DNA of 64,000 nt. Origin: Lama guanicoe (lineage: Eukaryota). Numbering within the stretch: position 1 is the first letter of the stretch; every line of letters begins with the position of its first letter. The translations under genes were made by a program, and so were the position numbers. This document shows, piece after piece, positions 52,391-64,000 of the stretch. The notes beneath the pieces are model-generated. The model had not been told where the DNA came from, made no database searches, and saw nothing but the letters and a program-made list of their open reading frames with translations. The stretch spans positions 8,901,367 through 8,965,366 of the forward strand of contig MU054220.1 of the NCBI GenBank assembly GCA_013239625.1. The letters run 5' to 3'.

Positions 52391-53281
52391 AATTAGGACT
52401 GGAAGTGATTCTCCCCCAATCTGGAGAAACGTTTCTCCAAGCTGATTGAGAGGACTGGGAAAAGCACCTGGAGTTCCTTAGAGCCCAGTCACTGAGAATA
52501 GGGAGGACTCTGGAAAGGCTGGCAGGAGGGCTGACAGTGCAGGTGCCTAAAGTGTTTAAATTTGTAACCATCTCTTCTCCAGTGCCCTGGCTGTTTGCAA
52601 TAATAGCAGAAACTAGAAGGCTTTTGGATTTGTTTAGGAGCCTTCATTTGCTGGAGTTGTAGATGAACGATTTGGGTGGTCTTCCTCCTACGTGACTCAT
52701 CTTCAGTGCGCAAGAGCTGGTTTTTGCCACACTAAGTCTGGAGTGGATGTAGTTTCCCATCCCATCCTGGTCCTTTTTCCTAGAAGGGAAAGGTTCCAGT
52801 TCAGCCCATTAATAAACAGAGTTCAAAACTACCTGGCGGAAACATCTGAAGGAAAGCCAGTATTTTCTTTAAAAACAATATGAGGTTGGTTGTAACAGTC
52901 ATGAACAGGTTCACCAGATTTTTGTGTGCAAGCTTGAATTGCGTTCCAATCAACAAGATTTGGAAAAACCTTAGGAATTACTCTATAAACTCACCAAGCA
53001 ATTGCCCGAGCCTGATTACATAATAAGTTAGTGGGCTGGTTTCTCAGGTGTCATTCTAGAGACCTTTCAGAATTTTCCTAATTAGCAGTCTTCATCCAGT
53101 ACTGGGTCTGGCCGTCACCAATAAAGACATGACTAGCTGATACAATTCAGAGAATCTGGGTGGATAAGTTTGAATGACTCTATTACATTCCTCAGCAAAT
53201 CTGTGAGGATCTTGAGTTACCTGGGAAAAATCCTTGACCATGGCTCATTGTCTAGCTTTAGTCCAGGGAATATATGAAATT
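52391..53281 (-). pseudogene. gag: Class I (ERV1) endogenous retrovirus gag (capsid to nucleocapsid) plus the start of pro; decayed, no LTRs
   Basis: Minus-strand translation across stops and frameshifts: YIPWTKARQ*AMVKDFSQVTQDPHRFAEECNRVIQTY...IPKVFPNLVDWNAIQACTQKSGEPVHDCYN...; zinc knuckle CYYCKQPGHWRRDG (52567-52608, last Cys TGT changed to GGT); TGA at 52489-52491; then PLNQLGETFLQIGGESLPVLI, which stops just before the expected DTGA protease motif. Confidence 0.85.
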
Positions 53282-54282
53282 AAGAGAAACAATCCCTTTT
53301 AAAATCATATCCAAAAATCAATAAAATACTTAGGAATAAATCTGACCAAAGAGGTGAAAGACTAACACACGGAGAACTACAAAGCACTGATTAAGGAAAT
53401 TAAGGATGGCTTAAAAAAATAGAAAGATAGCCCATGCTCTTGGATTAGAAGAATCAATATTGTTAAAATGGCCATACTGCCCAAGGCAATCTACAGATTT
53501 AATGCGATCCCTATCAAATTACCCAGGACATTTTTCACAGAACTAGAACAAATAACCCTAAAATTTAAATGGAATCACAGAAGACCCAGAATTGCCAAAG
53601 CAATGTTGAAGAAAAAGAACGAAGCTGGAGATTTCAAGATGTAGAATAGATAAACGAGATTATCCTGTATAGCACAAGGAACTATATACAAGATCTTATG
53701 GTAGCTCACAGTGAAAAAAAAATGTGACAATGAATATATGTAAGTTCATGTATAACTGAAAAATTGTGCCCTACACTGGAATTTGACACAACATTGTAAA
53801 ATGACTATAACTCAATAAAAAAAATGTTAAAAAAAAAAAAAAAAGAACGAAGCTGGGGGAATAACCCTCCCAGCAGAGCTACGGTAATCAAAACAGCATG
53901 GTATTGACATAAAAACAGACATATGGACCAATGGACCAGAATAGAGAGCCCAGAAATAAAACCCACAGACCTATGGTCAATTATTCTTCAACAAAGGAGG
54001 CAAGAATACACAGTGGAGAAAAGACAGTCTCTTCAGCAAATGGTGTTGGGAAAACTGGACAGCAGCACGTAAGTCAATGAAATTATGACATTCCCTCACA
54101 CTATACACAAAAATAAACTCAAAATGGCTTAAGGACTTAAATGTAAGACAAGACATGATAAACTTCCTAGAAGAAAACATAGGCAAAACACTCTCTGACA
54201 TCAATCTTAGCAAGGTTCTCATAGGGCAGTCTACTCAGGCAATAGAAATAAAGGCAAAAATTAACAAACGAGACCTAATTAG
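53276..54282 (+). mobile_element. Internal L1 ORF2 fragment (RT C-terminal region), lacking both 5' and 3' ends
   Basis: Encodes IKYLGINLTKEVKD...[40 protein letters not shown]...[13 protein letters not shown]...LEENIGKTLSDI; stops at 'gacctaatta' with no 3'UTR or poly(A). Confidence 0.92.
53629..53839 (+). mobile_element. Younger 5'-truncated L1 3' end nested in L1 ORF2
   Basis: 3'UTR 'ctgtatagcacaaggaactatat...gactataactcaataaaa' plus A tail; exact 17-bp TSD aaaaagaacgaagctgg at 53612-53628 and 53840-53856. Confidence 0.92.
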
Positions 54283-56329
54283 CTGTGTAGATAAGGAAAC
54301 AAAAGTCAATGCAAATAATGAGATCTGTCCAATCCTTTTACTTATCCAACTTTCTCATAAGATTAAACCAGGAAGCTCAAGAGGTGCTCTTGTTCCTTAA
54401 AAAAAAAAAGAAGAAGTATTTGAGTAAGAAATACGAGAATAAGAGAGAAGGAACGAAAACTTGAATCTGGGATTTTAAGATTAAATTATCAGGCTTTTGC
54501 CATTGAAAGCTACAATTGCTACTTTGTTATAAACATTATTTATAATAGGTGATTGAAAACTAGAGTGCACAAGATGTAAAAGGAAAGATGTATTATACAA
54601 ATTCATCTTGAGTTGCTTTTCTATACTCTCTTGTTATATTAACATTAATAGAAATACACTCTAATGATATCTTAGTAAAGTGGATTTTACTGCCCAGTAC
54701 TTCTTTCATCTCTGCAAACTGAAGATGGCATAACTTTTCTCAAAGGGTTTTTATAACAAACACTTGCAGTAATTATGCAACACTTTAAGGAGTGTCTCTC
54801 AATTAGTAGATACTCATTAAACATTTGATGAATAACAGCAACTTTGCCCGCTCAGTCCTTTCTTCTTTTCCTTTTAACAGTGCAGTTTTTGTGTGTTTTG
54901 TTGTTATTTTGTTGCTTTTGTTGCTTTTAATTCTGAATATAGTTTTACTCTTGCAGTCAAAAAGTCTAACATTGCTCTCGCACCTCCACACCCACCTTCT
55001 CTGAAATCACTATCTGCAATCTGTAGTGTGACAATGTAGATGGGCCAGCAAATACTGCTAGAAAGGTCTGTCGTGGGAAATTAGGCTTTAAGCTCTTAGG
55101 CTGCAGCTGTGAAATGTGAATTTAAGAGTTTTCTAAACGAATTTTCATTTTGTCATTGAGAATGGACATTTATTATCTTTTTTTTTTTCCAACAGAGGAC
55201 TTAAATGCTGCCTCAAAAATTAAACACAGCACTTGAAAACATTTTTTCAAAATCCAATGTGTCAGGAAAAATTCTACTGATCAAATTTATGGACAGTTTT
55301 ACTTCCCTCACTGGCTTCCTTTGCTCAGAACAGCAGGGTCTCTCTTTATCCAGGTCTTCATCTGTGCTTGGGTTTTGGTTTGGATATGACAGGAGTTTTT
55401 TTTTTTTCTTCTTCTTCTTTAATTATACTTAATCTTTAGGGTGTCTGTTTATATGTCAAAATTTACATATATTCTATACCTTTTATAGCAGCTCATCGTG
55501 TACTTGATATGGATAAGATGATCTTAATCACTAGAAAACAGGTACTTCGCATTTTTCATTACATATCCACATTATTTTCCTTCTAAACAGTCATTATGGT
55601 GCTACAGATTTCTCTCTGGATTCATTTATCATGGGCAGATCTTGAAAAAGTTTTCAATTTGCACATTTCTCTCTCTTTATTTTCTTTATAAACCAGTGGA
55701 TTACATATTCCATCATATTTTATTGTCTGGAATAGCTGCTGAACAAGAAAATATATAATTTGCACTCCTGCACCTACAGATGAAATTGATTACTTTAGTA
55801 CAGTTTCATCTGAGGTAAAACCCAGAAAGTTTTTTTTCCTTATAGACATACTCATTTTATTTTCTGCAAAGCAGATACATTTAATATGGTAATTAAAACA
55901 CTACATTAGGACTCCATTCAATTCCATCTCTGACTATGCTGAATACTGACTGGCTCTAGTTCTGTTTCACAAATAATCTGTAACTATCTCTCATCTGTTA
56001 CAAACTGTTTTCTTTCATTGTTAACATGAAACTGACCCTGGTTATTTATTCAATCCTATGTGAGTGGTTAGAGGATGGCTGTGAATGTGACTGTTCTTTT
56101 TAGAAAATATACTTGGTATTGACAGCCTGCAAACATTAGCTGCCATTTTTCTCCAGAAAAAACAAGGAAAAAATTAGCAATTCTCCAGATACTACAAAGA
56201 ACCATGCCTTGATGTAATCTACATAAATAAGAACATTTTAAACAAATTCTCATAATGTGATTTCTTCTACATATATGTCAATAATAGGTATGCTAGACAG
56301 TAAAATTTTTAAAAAGACACTATGGTAAT

Positions 56330-56575
56330 AATGGAAAGCTATAGTGGTTAAATGCGGTACATAGAACCAAACTGAGTCTGAACTGACTTTGCCACTTATG
56401 AAGTATGTAACCATGATCAAATTACTTACTTGATATCTCTATGACTCAGTTTCTTCATCTGCAAAATAGGCATAACAGTAAAACCTATATCACTGAGTTG
56501 TCACGAGGGTTAAAGGAGTTAATATAAAGTGCTCAGAGGCACACCTTGTATGCACTAGTGATACATACTATTATG
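56330..56575 (+). mobile_element. MIR SINE
   Basis: 'atagtggttaaatgc...tgccacttatgaagtatgtaaccatgatcaaattactta...ctcagtttcttcatctgcaaaatagg'. Confidence 0.8.
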
Positions 56576-59454
56576 AGCGATCACTGTTAACCAACATCAT
56601 GGGGATGACCTCATTTACTTCTCAGAATACAACTATAAAATTGATTCTGGTTTTGTTCTTATTTCACTGAGAGTGGCCAAATCCTTTGCCTGAGGTCACA
56701 TGGACAGTGAGGGTCGAACTGAGACTTTCATCCAGACCACTGGGCTCTCATCTGTCACAACACCCCCTCCCACCTCTTACAGGTGGATTAAGTTGATGAA
56801 AATCAGAATAACTGAATGGATTCGGGATGAAGTCATAAACTGATTCCATAAAATATTTGGTGGGATTTTATTTTCAGCTGTCGTATTGAATAGTAAGCTA
56901 GTAATACTAAGAAATTACAGTTTTCTGGAGGCCTCTTCTGAGAACTCAGTCAAAAAGTCGACATTGTAGACATTTATTAACTTGCTTAATATTTAAACTT
57001 GTTTGTATTTAATAATTTCGAGAGTCAAGAACCTTAATGTTTGAGAGCCAAGGACCTTAGAAGAACCTGTCGAAAGGTAGCAACACTCCCCCTAGAATGG
57101 CACACATACACGTATGATTTAGAAAATAATTTTAGGTGTTTCTGGGCCCCGTGAGACCTGTCCATGCACTCCAGGTAAGAAGCCCTGACTATGGGAAGGA
57201 CCGTCTCACATCCTTGCTGTATCTTATCTGAGAACTCAAAGTATCAAGACCGACACAAAGATTTATCTACTTGCAAATTTAAGATAGCACCCATCTTTCA
57301 GAAATTAAGCCTGAAAAAATGATTTAAGCATTTACCAGCTGATTTAAACCAACCAACCAACCAGCTTTCCTTTAACTATAGCCTTATCATACAACTTTTA
57401 GAATTTTGAAATCAAAATATGCTCACTTGGGGACAGTGTTCTTTTTTTTTAAATAAATTTTTAAAAGAATAACCAAGGGAAGCAACTTATTTTCTATGAT
57501 TTTTGAAAAACTGGCAGGTTTCCTACTTCCATTTGGGTTTATTTTCGGAGCTTAGTGTATAACTCCCTGAAGAAGTAAGCTACATTAGCCTCTGCATTAC
57601 CCCTCTCAGGGTCCAGTGTCTTCAGATGCAGATCCTTATTTCATTTTAATGATGACTAAGGCTCTGTAAATTCCAAAGGGTCTTACAACCACCAGCATTT
57701 CAGAAATAAAGCCTGGCATCTCTCTTCAGCAGAACAAGCAATGTTTTTCACATATACTAGGCAAAGAATATCACCCTAGAAATTTTAAGACAGAAAATTA
57801 GTTTCTCCTAGTAAAAAATATGTAAGTGATTGCCATAGTTTGTGGAAAATATATATTTATCCAATAGGGGGCCCTATTCTAAACTTTGGGATATTTTACA
57901 TAAAAACAAAGATTTAGGGATTTTGATTTTTTTTTTTATAAAGGATAATGTAGGTCTAAGTTGCCGATAATTTGTTGCTGGCTAACTCTATGCTTACCCA
58001 TTAGAAAAGCAATAACAATTCAATGTTTCTGAGCTTCAATATTAAATATACATACACATATATGCATATATTACATATTTATTTATTTGCATTTAGTGTA
58101 GTATTTGTACCCTCGAAAGTTAATTATGAAGATTTAATTGTTTCTCTTGCTTTCATTTTTTCCCCAACCATTCATTGTGAACATTTCAAACTTAAAGCAA
58201 AAGCAAAAGAATCATCTATTTTTTAATTAACAGTTTTTACTGTGTTCCCATTAAATTCAAGGCAAAATATTTACTTTGAATCTGCTTGAACAGATGTGAC
58301 ATTTTCACAGGAAATGATAACTATAAATAGAATCAGAAAATGTACCTCGCCTAACGCCTAACACTAAGCTTTATAAAGGGACCCCCAGCGGAAGGTGGCC
58401 AGAATTCTGTTAATATGATCCGTATCAGTTACAGCTGTGAAACAGATTCAAGTGAATCGTTTTGGACCATTTCAGAGATGCGATTTCATAGTACTGGCAC
58501 ATGTAGGAAAAGCCATTAGTACGCACGCACACTCACATGGCAACACACACACACACACACATGCACACCCTGGATTTGATAGTACACTCTGTTCTTACAC
58601 ACACACACACAAAAATAATAATAATAAAAAAATAAGGAACATAGCAAAGTTTTTCTTCCACTGTATAGGGGTAAATTACTCTAAATAAATATTATTCTCA
58701 CTATGCCAAAACACGTTTATTTTTAAAATGCCATTGATTAGGAAAGCAAATTTGGAATTCTATAACTACTAAAAAATTAAGTGTATAAGGAAAAGAATAA
58801 GATCGCCAGCTATCTGAATTGGAGTCGCCTCAAACAAAAATGTGGACTGGCATTGTTATATACAGAATGCTGAAAGAGATGTTCACTTGAAGGCAATGCA
58901 TTAAATTGAGAACTCTGTTATTATGTTTTCTGTGAAGCAGCCGGCTGAATTTGGAGGCTCTGACATAGTATTCTTTAGTTTTAGCACTGATTCAATATAA
59001 AGACTACTGTTTTTAAAAATCTTTTCTGATAGAAAATTAAGAGAGCCTAGTAAGCATGAGTGAATTTAGTCTCACTCCCTTTAGTGAAACAATTACTAAA
59101 ATAACATAATCAAATTCTGAGTTCTTTTTTGTTATTTTCACCAGACATAAGAGTTGCAGACTTAGCTATTTTCCTTCTATGGTGTTTATTATATTATTTC
59201 TGAGGGAACAGGGACATATAAAAGCAGCGGGACCAATTATAGTGGCATCTCGATGAAAATCTTACCTGACCCTTCAGCTGACCACTGTTAAAAGCATACA
59301 GCAACGTTGAACCATGATATGTTGTACTTATTTTTACACAGCTTTAAGGAATACACTTTATTCCTAAGGAAAACTACCTAATAATGGTAGGACAATTGAT
59401 TAGTCAAAGGTCTCATTATTGACAATTCACAAAAACTGAATGTGCCTTGTATCG

Positions 59455-59690
59455 TCACACAGGCTCTGGAGTATGAGACTGGGTTTAAGCTCACCCTCGC
59501 ATCTACAAACTAGATGGCTCTGGGCAAATTAACCTCTCAAAGAATCATGTCATTTGTGGATTAGACACACAGACCGAGAACAGCATTTATTTCAAAAGTT
59601 TGCGATAGGGAATAAATGAGAAACTATAAAAACGTGCTAGTGCAGTAGCTGTCATGCAGTAACTACTCAGTAAATACTGCATTATTGCTA
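59455..59690 (+). mobile_element. MIR SINE
   Basis: 'acacaggctctggagtatgagactgggtttaagc...tgggcaaattaacctctc...gcagtaactactcagtaaatactg'. Confidence 0.7.
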
Positions 59691-59834
59691 TTAGGCACGT
59701 CTAACTTGGGACTTTTCCCATTTAACGATAACCAGCGATTTCCAGGTCTTTCCTGGCCACTGTAATTTATTTAACCATAAGAATGAATAATGAAGTCACT
59801 AGGCTGGAATGTACTCAGTGCCATTCCCTAGAAA

Positions 59835-60092
59835 GAGATTAGCACAGCAACTGTATCTAGAGACACAAACTCTGTAACCAGACTCTGTATTTAAGTCCCA
59901 GCTCTGCTGCACATAAACTGTGTGACTCGGGATAAGTTAACAACTGACATCTCAGTTTCCTTACCTTCGTAACAGTGATAACAGTGCAACCAACCGTTTA
60001 TACGCGTTATAAAGGTTAGAGGCATTATTATTTGAACAACCCTTAGGATAGTGCCTGACATTTGGGAAACATAACAAATGTTTGGTAAATAA
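59835..60092 (+). mobile_element. MIR SINE
   Basis: 'cccagctctgctgcacataaactgtgtgactcgggataagttaac...ctcagtttccttacc...cttaggatagtgcctgaca'. Confidence 0.8.
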
Positions 60093-60190
60093 ATGTAAGC
60101 AACTGTAGTATTTTGTGGGTCTTTTCCTATATTAAATATTTTTATGTCTAGGTTTCAAATATATTCAATACAAATATATTATATGTGCAT

Positions 60191-60319
60191 GGAGGGAGGG
60201 TATAGCTCAGTGGTAGAGTGCATGCCTCACGTGCATGAGGTCCTGGGTTCAACCCCCAGTACCTCCACTAAAAATAAGTAATTAAATCTAATTATCCCCC
60301 ACCCCAAACAAAACAAAAT
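60191..60319 (+). mobile_element. tRNA-derived SINE, camelid Vic-1-like
   Basis: 'ggagggagggtatagctcagtggtagagtgcatgcctcacgtgcatgaggtcctgggttcaacccccagtacctcc' with Pol III A box (tagctcagtgg) and B box (ggttcaacccc), an A-rich tail, and a diverged TSD aaatatattatatgtgcat (60172-60190) / aaatctattacaagtacat (60320-60338), 15/19 identical. Confidence 0.85.
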
Positions 60320-61061
60320 AAATCTATTACAAGTACATGAATCAGACTAGAAATTCAACGTGTAGCCAGCCTGAATCATACCCTTTGGGGCACCCAAGGA
60401 GAGATCTGAAGCTCCAGTGCAGAAAGACTAGGACTGACCCAATTCTATAGATGGCTTCGTTTGACACTGACTCTGTGATGCCTTAGGACCATATTCATCA
60501 TGATGAACTACCCTACTATGCTTCTCTGGCTCAAAGAGTATCACTGTTTATTTAAACAATAAATGAAAGAAGTTAAAGAGAGAAAGCTCGTATTCTTTCT
60601 TTCAATACACCCTCAACAAAAAGCCAACTAAATCAGCCTCTACATAGTTATCAAATGTACTCTGAGTATTATTCAGACCTGTAAGTGAGGACTACATCTT
60701 CAGAACACCCTCTCCTGTAATGGGAGAATTTGCTTCAGGGTACTGGGTCTCTGCTACTGACAGATCTCCCTGCGTCTGTTTTGTAGTTTATAATTAGATC
60801 TTAGATCTTACATAGCAACTGTTTTGTCTGTAGGTGATGTAACTTCAGGCCCTGTATCGTTCATGTTCACTAAATTCCTCTCCAAATCACATAAAACATT
60901 ACCATTTAAAAATACATTGATAAAATGCTAGGGAAGGAAAAGATATAGGTTTCAAAATTTTTGAAAAACTCATCACTATTTCCATGTCTATGATAGTTTT
61001 CCAATAAATGGTCCTGATATAATCACGTAAGATGGATTAGCTAAGTTAAAGCCTTTCAGGA

Positions 61062-61065
<4 letters not shown>

Positions 61066-61097
<32 letters not shown>
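61066..61097. repeat. (GT)n microsatellite
   Basis: Uninterrupted GT run. Confidence 0.95.
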
Positions 61098-61099
<2 letters not shown>

Positions 61100-62104
61100 C
61101 ATGACACATGATTGTCTACCATATTTCAGTGCAAGAAATTAGTTTTCTAGGATCCTTCATATTTTATTTTCTCTTCTTCCAAAGCACTGGAGAATTCTTT
61201 AAGTCTCTGAAGATGTTGAGGGATCATTACTTTTATGAAAGATAAATTGCTGATTGAAGTTTAAGAGCTACTTTGGTCTAAAACAATACCTAAAGCGGTC
61301 AATGCCTGTCATTACCCTGATTAAAGAAACTCATGAACTGGCCACTACAGAGGTTTCTTTCTTGTCCATACACTTGTTCATAATATTTTTAAATGGAAAA
61401 ATTGATAAAACTACTCTTGGGAACAGTTGATAGCCAGGCAAAATTACAATTTCTCAAGATAGTTGAACATTCTCAAAAGAGCCATCCAATAAAATTGGAA
61501 AGTTCAATCAAAGGTTGTTAACTCTATTTGCAACTGATAAAAAAAAACACTCTCATACACATATATAATTAGTAGTTATCACATAATCTACTGAATAATT
61601 TACTGTGAATATTTATTGAACACAAAATACATGACAAGTGTTGGAGTTTGAAAAAGAAATAGGGACCATCTCTTCTCAAGAAATTGAGTTGGATGTTAAT
61701 TCCTGACACTGAGTTTCTAATTACGTGGGGAAAAAAGTTACTTCAAATTTTAACCAAGTACTTGAAAGTTGAAGAACTTTTCACATCATGTCCTTGGCTA
61801 TGACCCCTGCGCACTTAAAAGGGGTTGAACCGTTCATATAACAGCACGTTCAGGGCTTCACAAAATGTCCTGTTAACATAGGATGTATTTGCCAGCTTTG
61901 CACCTATCTGGATTTTCTGTTCCCTTCTACTCTAAGCTCCATGGAGTCAGGGATGTTTGCTGTATGTCAGTATACTCTAATGCTTGAAGACTGCGTGGTA
62001 CGTGCAGGCACTCAGAGAAACGTGAGTGATAAAATGAAACCCTCTCTCTTTTTTCAGTATCTGTGCAGCTTCACCGCTTTCCAGACTTGCCTTTAATTCT
62101 TTAG

Positions 62105-62372
62105 TGGCGATAGAGCACAGTGACTGGGAGTGCCTATCTGGAGTCAGCCTACTGAGCTGCAATCCCAGATCTGCCAGCCACTGACTGACTGTGATATTGT
62201 GGGCCATTTCCATCAACCCAATGTGTTCAGTTTCCCTATCGATAAAAGGCAGATAATATTACCTCTTCCCAGGGCTCCTTGTGAGGATTAAATAGACAGT
62301 GCATATAATTTTTTTTTATATAGAAACTGGCACATTGTAAGTTCCCAATAAATGTAACCTGTTGTTTTTATT
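62105..62372 (+). mobile_element. MIR SINE (near full length)
   Basis: 'ctggagtcagcc...aatcccagatctgccagccactgactgactgtgatattgtgggc...tcagtttccctatcgataaaagg...ttgtgaggattaaat...ctggcacattgtaagttcccaataaatgt'. Confidence 0.8.
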
Positions 62373-63300
62373 ACTTTTCCAGTCTAATATTTGATCTGTA
62401 ACATTATACTACAAGATACAACTTATACTCACAGTCTGGCTTTTCCTGTAACTTGATCACCCTCTGTCCCTGGAACACCACTAGAAACAGGGTAGACAAG
62501 CCTATTTCGATGCCTTCAAATGAAGACAGAATTAGATATTTTAAGGTTGTGAATCGAAGCATGTAAAAAGCTGCTCAACTGATCTGATTTAAGTGGAGGG
62601 GCTATGCTGAGGCAGAAGCAGATACATATCTGCAGAAGTTCAACAGAACTGGATTATAAAATGTACATGATACTAGTATATCATGACTCACGGAAAGGTA
62701 CAGAAAAGGGATGACATATGAGTGCAGATATGTAAGGAAGCTTACTGTAGCTTCTTCTCCAGGGTGCATTAGTATGAAATGTCTGCGGCTAAGAGTGCAG
62801 AGGAGTGAGTCTGTGAAACAAGATATTTTGGGAAGGTAGCTTTCACAAGTGTAAGATGATTTAGCCAGTAAGGCTTCACAAATTCAACTGCCTCAACAGG
62901 TCTCACTTATACACAACCACACAGGGATAACAAAGAACTTAATGAGGGAGCTAACTCTCCTACTTAAAAACATTTACATTCAATTAAAGGCACAGTTTCG
63001 GTCTCAGAAAATCAACATTCATATAGTCTAAGACAGGAAGATGGTGACTGTAAAATGAAGAGGAAGAAATAGATACAAAGGATATTTATAGAGGATAAAT
63101 AAATGTGAACTGATGTCTGGCCATATAAGGAGGAATGAGGATGAGGTAACTGTCAATGATAATAGCAACATTCCAAACATGGATTGCAGGAAAATGATGG
63201 ATTTGGAGGATGAAGCCTTAAAAGGAAGTCTACTTTAAGAGTTTTTGTTTGGTTTCTTGTTTCCTTCCAGTTCACCAGTTCACCACCAGGACATACACTC

Positions 63301-63374
63301 CAGCCAAGGTTTCTAATTGAGATGGTGCTTCATTATTCAGCCAAGGTTTTTAATTGAGATGGTGCTTCATTATT
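63301..63374. repeat. 37-bp tandem duplication (2 copies, 1 mismatch)
   Basis: cagccaaggtttctaattgagatggtgcttcattatt / cagccaaggtttttaattgagatggtgcttcattatt. Confidence 0.95.
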
Positions 63375-64000
63375 ATAGTTAACATCCCAAATAGGAACTA
63401 TTTTTTACTAAATAGAAGCTTCTCTAAACGAGACATATTGCCAGCATATATACATATTTTTTTAAAATTTTTAAAATCTATGCAACTCATTCCAGTGTTA
63501 GCACCCTCTTTCATCCGGGAGTTATCACTGAGTCAACATCATATTTTTCCTTTTCTAAGGCAGTTTTACTGAGGCTTCACATTTGATGTCACTAAATGAA
63601 AATGATACACGACTCATACCAAAATGGAAAAAAAAAAAATCTCCAAACTCCATTTTAAATAAATAGAACTTACAAACCCCTGGCGAGATGAATAAGCCTT
63701 TTCACTTTGTTGGCTTCTGACAAAGTTGTAGATACAAACGAGGATTGGCTGATGCAGCAGAAATTCTGCAGTTTAGAACTTCTAAGATTATTATATGGCA
63801 CTTGCTAAAATACACACACAACATCTAACATTCTTTGATGAAATTAAATGCGCCCTGTAATTTTCAATGAAATGCTAAAAGATGCATTTCTCTATGCAGA
63901 TTCTCTTTCAGAGAAATTTTACCTGGCTAAACATCCATGAAGAAGTTTTATTCTCTCATGATTCCTCATTATGAAGACATTTCTTGTATAAATAGATACT

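Noticed and set aside
53977..54222. 81-aa minus-strand ORF
   Set aside because: It is the antisense frame of L1 ORF2, a common source of spurious predicted proteins.
57083..57101. Minus-strand CTCF-like sequence (ccattctagggggagtg)
   Set aside because: The conserved CC(A/G) core is mismatched, and the site sits in what may be a decayed DNA transposon.
60191..60270. Possible tRNA gene
   Set aside because: It has A and B boxes but also an A-rich tail, a TSD and a poor acceptor stem, which fits a tRNA-derived SINE.
63301..63374. 37-bp repeats as a CRISPR-like array
   Set aside because: Only two directly adjacent copies with no spacer, in mammalian DNA.
706..63572. The short ORFs in the supplied six-frame track as host genes
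   Set aside because: All are 60-132 aa, many start at non-ATG codons or lie inside repeats, and none resembles a cellular protein I recognise. Only 52489-52713 (Gag knuckle) and part of 54155-54400 (L1 ORF2) reflect real, decayed coding sequence.

Overview
This is AT-rich, CpG-depleted mammalian non-coding DNA. A tRNA-derived SINE at 60191-60319 resembling the camelid Vic-1 family, with no ruminant or pig SINEs seen, points to a camelid genome (inference). I found no host protein-coding exon, RNA gene or CRISPR-like system, and the supplied ORFs are chance ORFs or decayed transposon frames. The window is mostly interspersed repeats: about 13 MaLR (MLT1) LTRs in both orientations, several ERV1/ERVL solo LTRs, L1, L2, MIR, and hAT-Charlie and Tigger DNA transposons. 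Three kinds of signal stand out. First, an ~800-bp internally deleted Mutator-like (MULE/MuDR) transposon with long TIRs, a 9-bp TSD and a decayed transposase C-terminus lies at 39328-40130. Second, an LTR-less class I ERV gag-pro fragment is fused head-to-head to an internal L1 ORF2 fragment at 52391-54282; the composite is bounded by a 6-bp direct repeat and looks like a templated repair insertion. Third, there are candidate cis-regulatory elements: an OCT-SOX composite motif cluster near 46.4 kb, a CpG/CTCF cluster near 8.1 kb and a CTCF-like site near 51.5 kb. Repeat family names come from memory of consensus sequences, and boundaries of old repeats are approximate.
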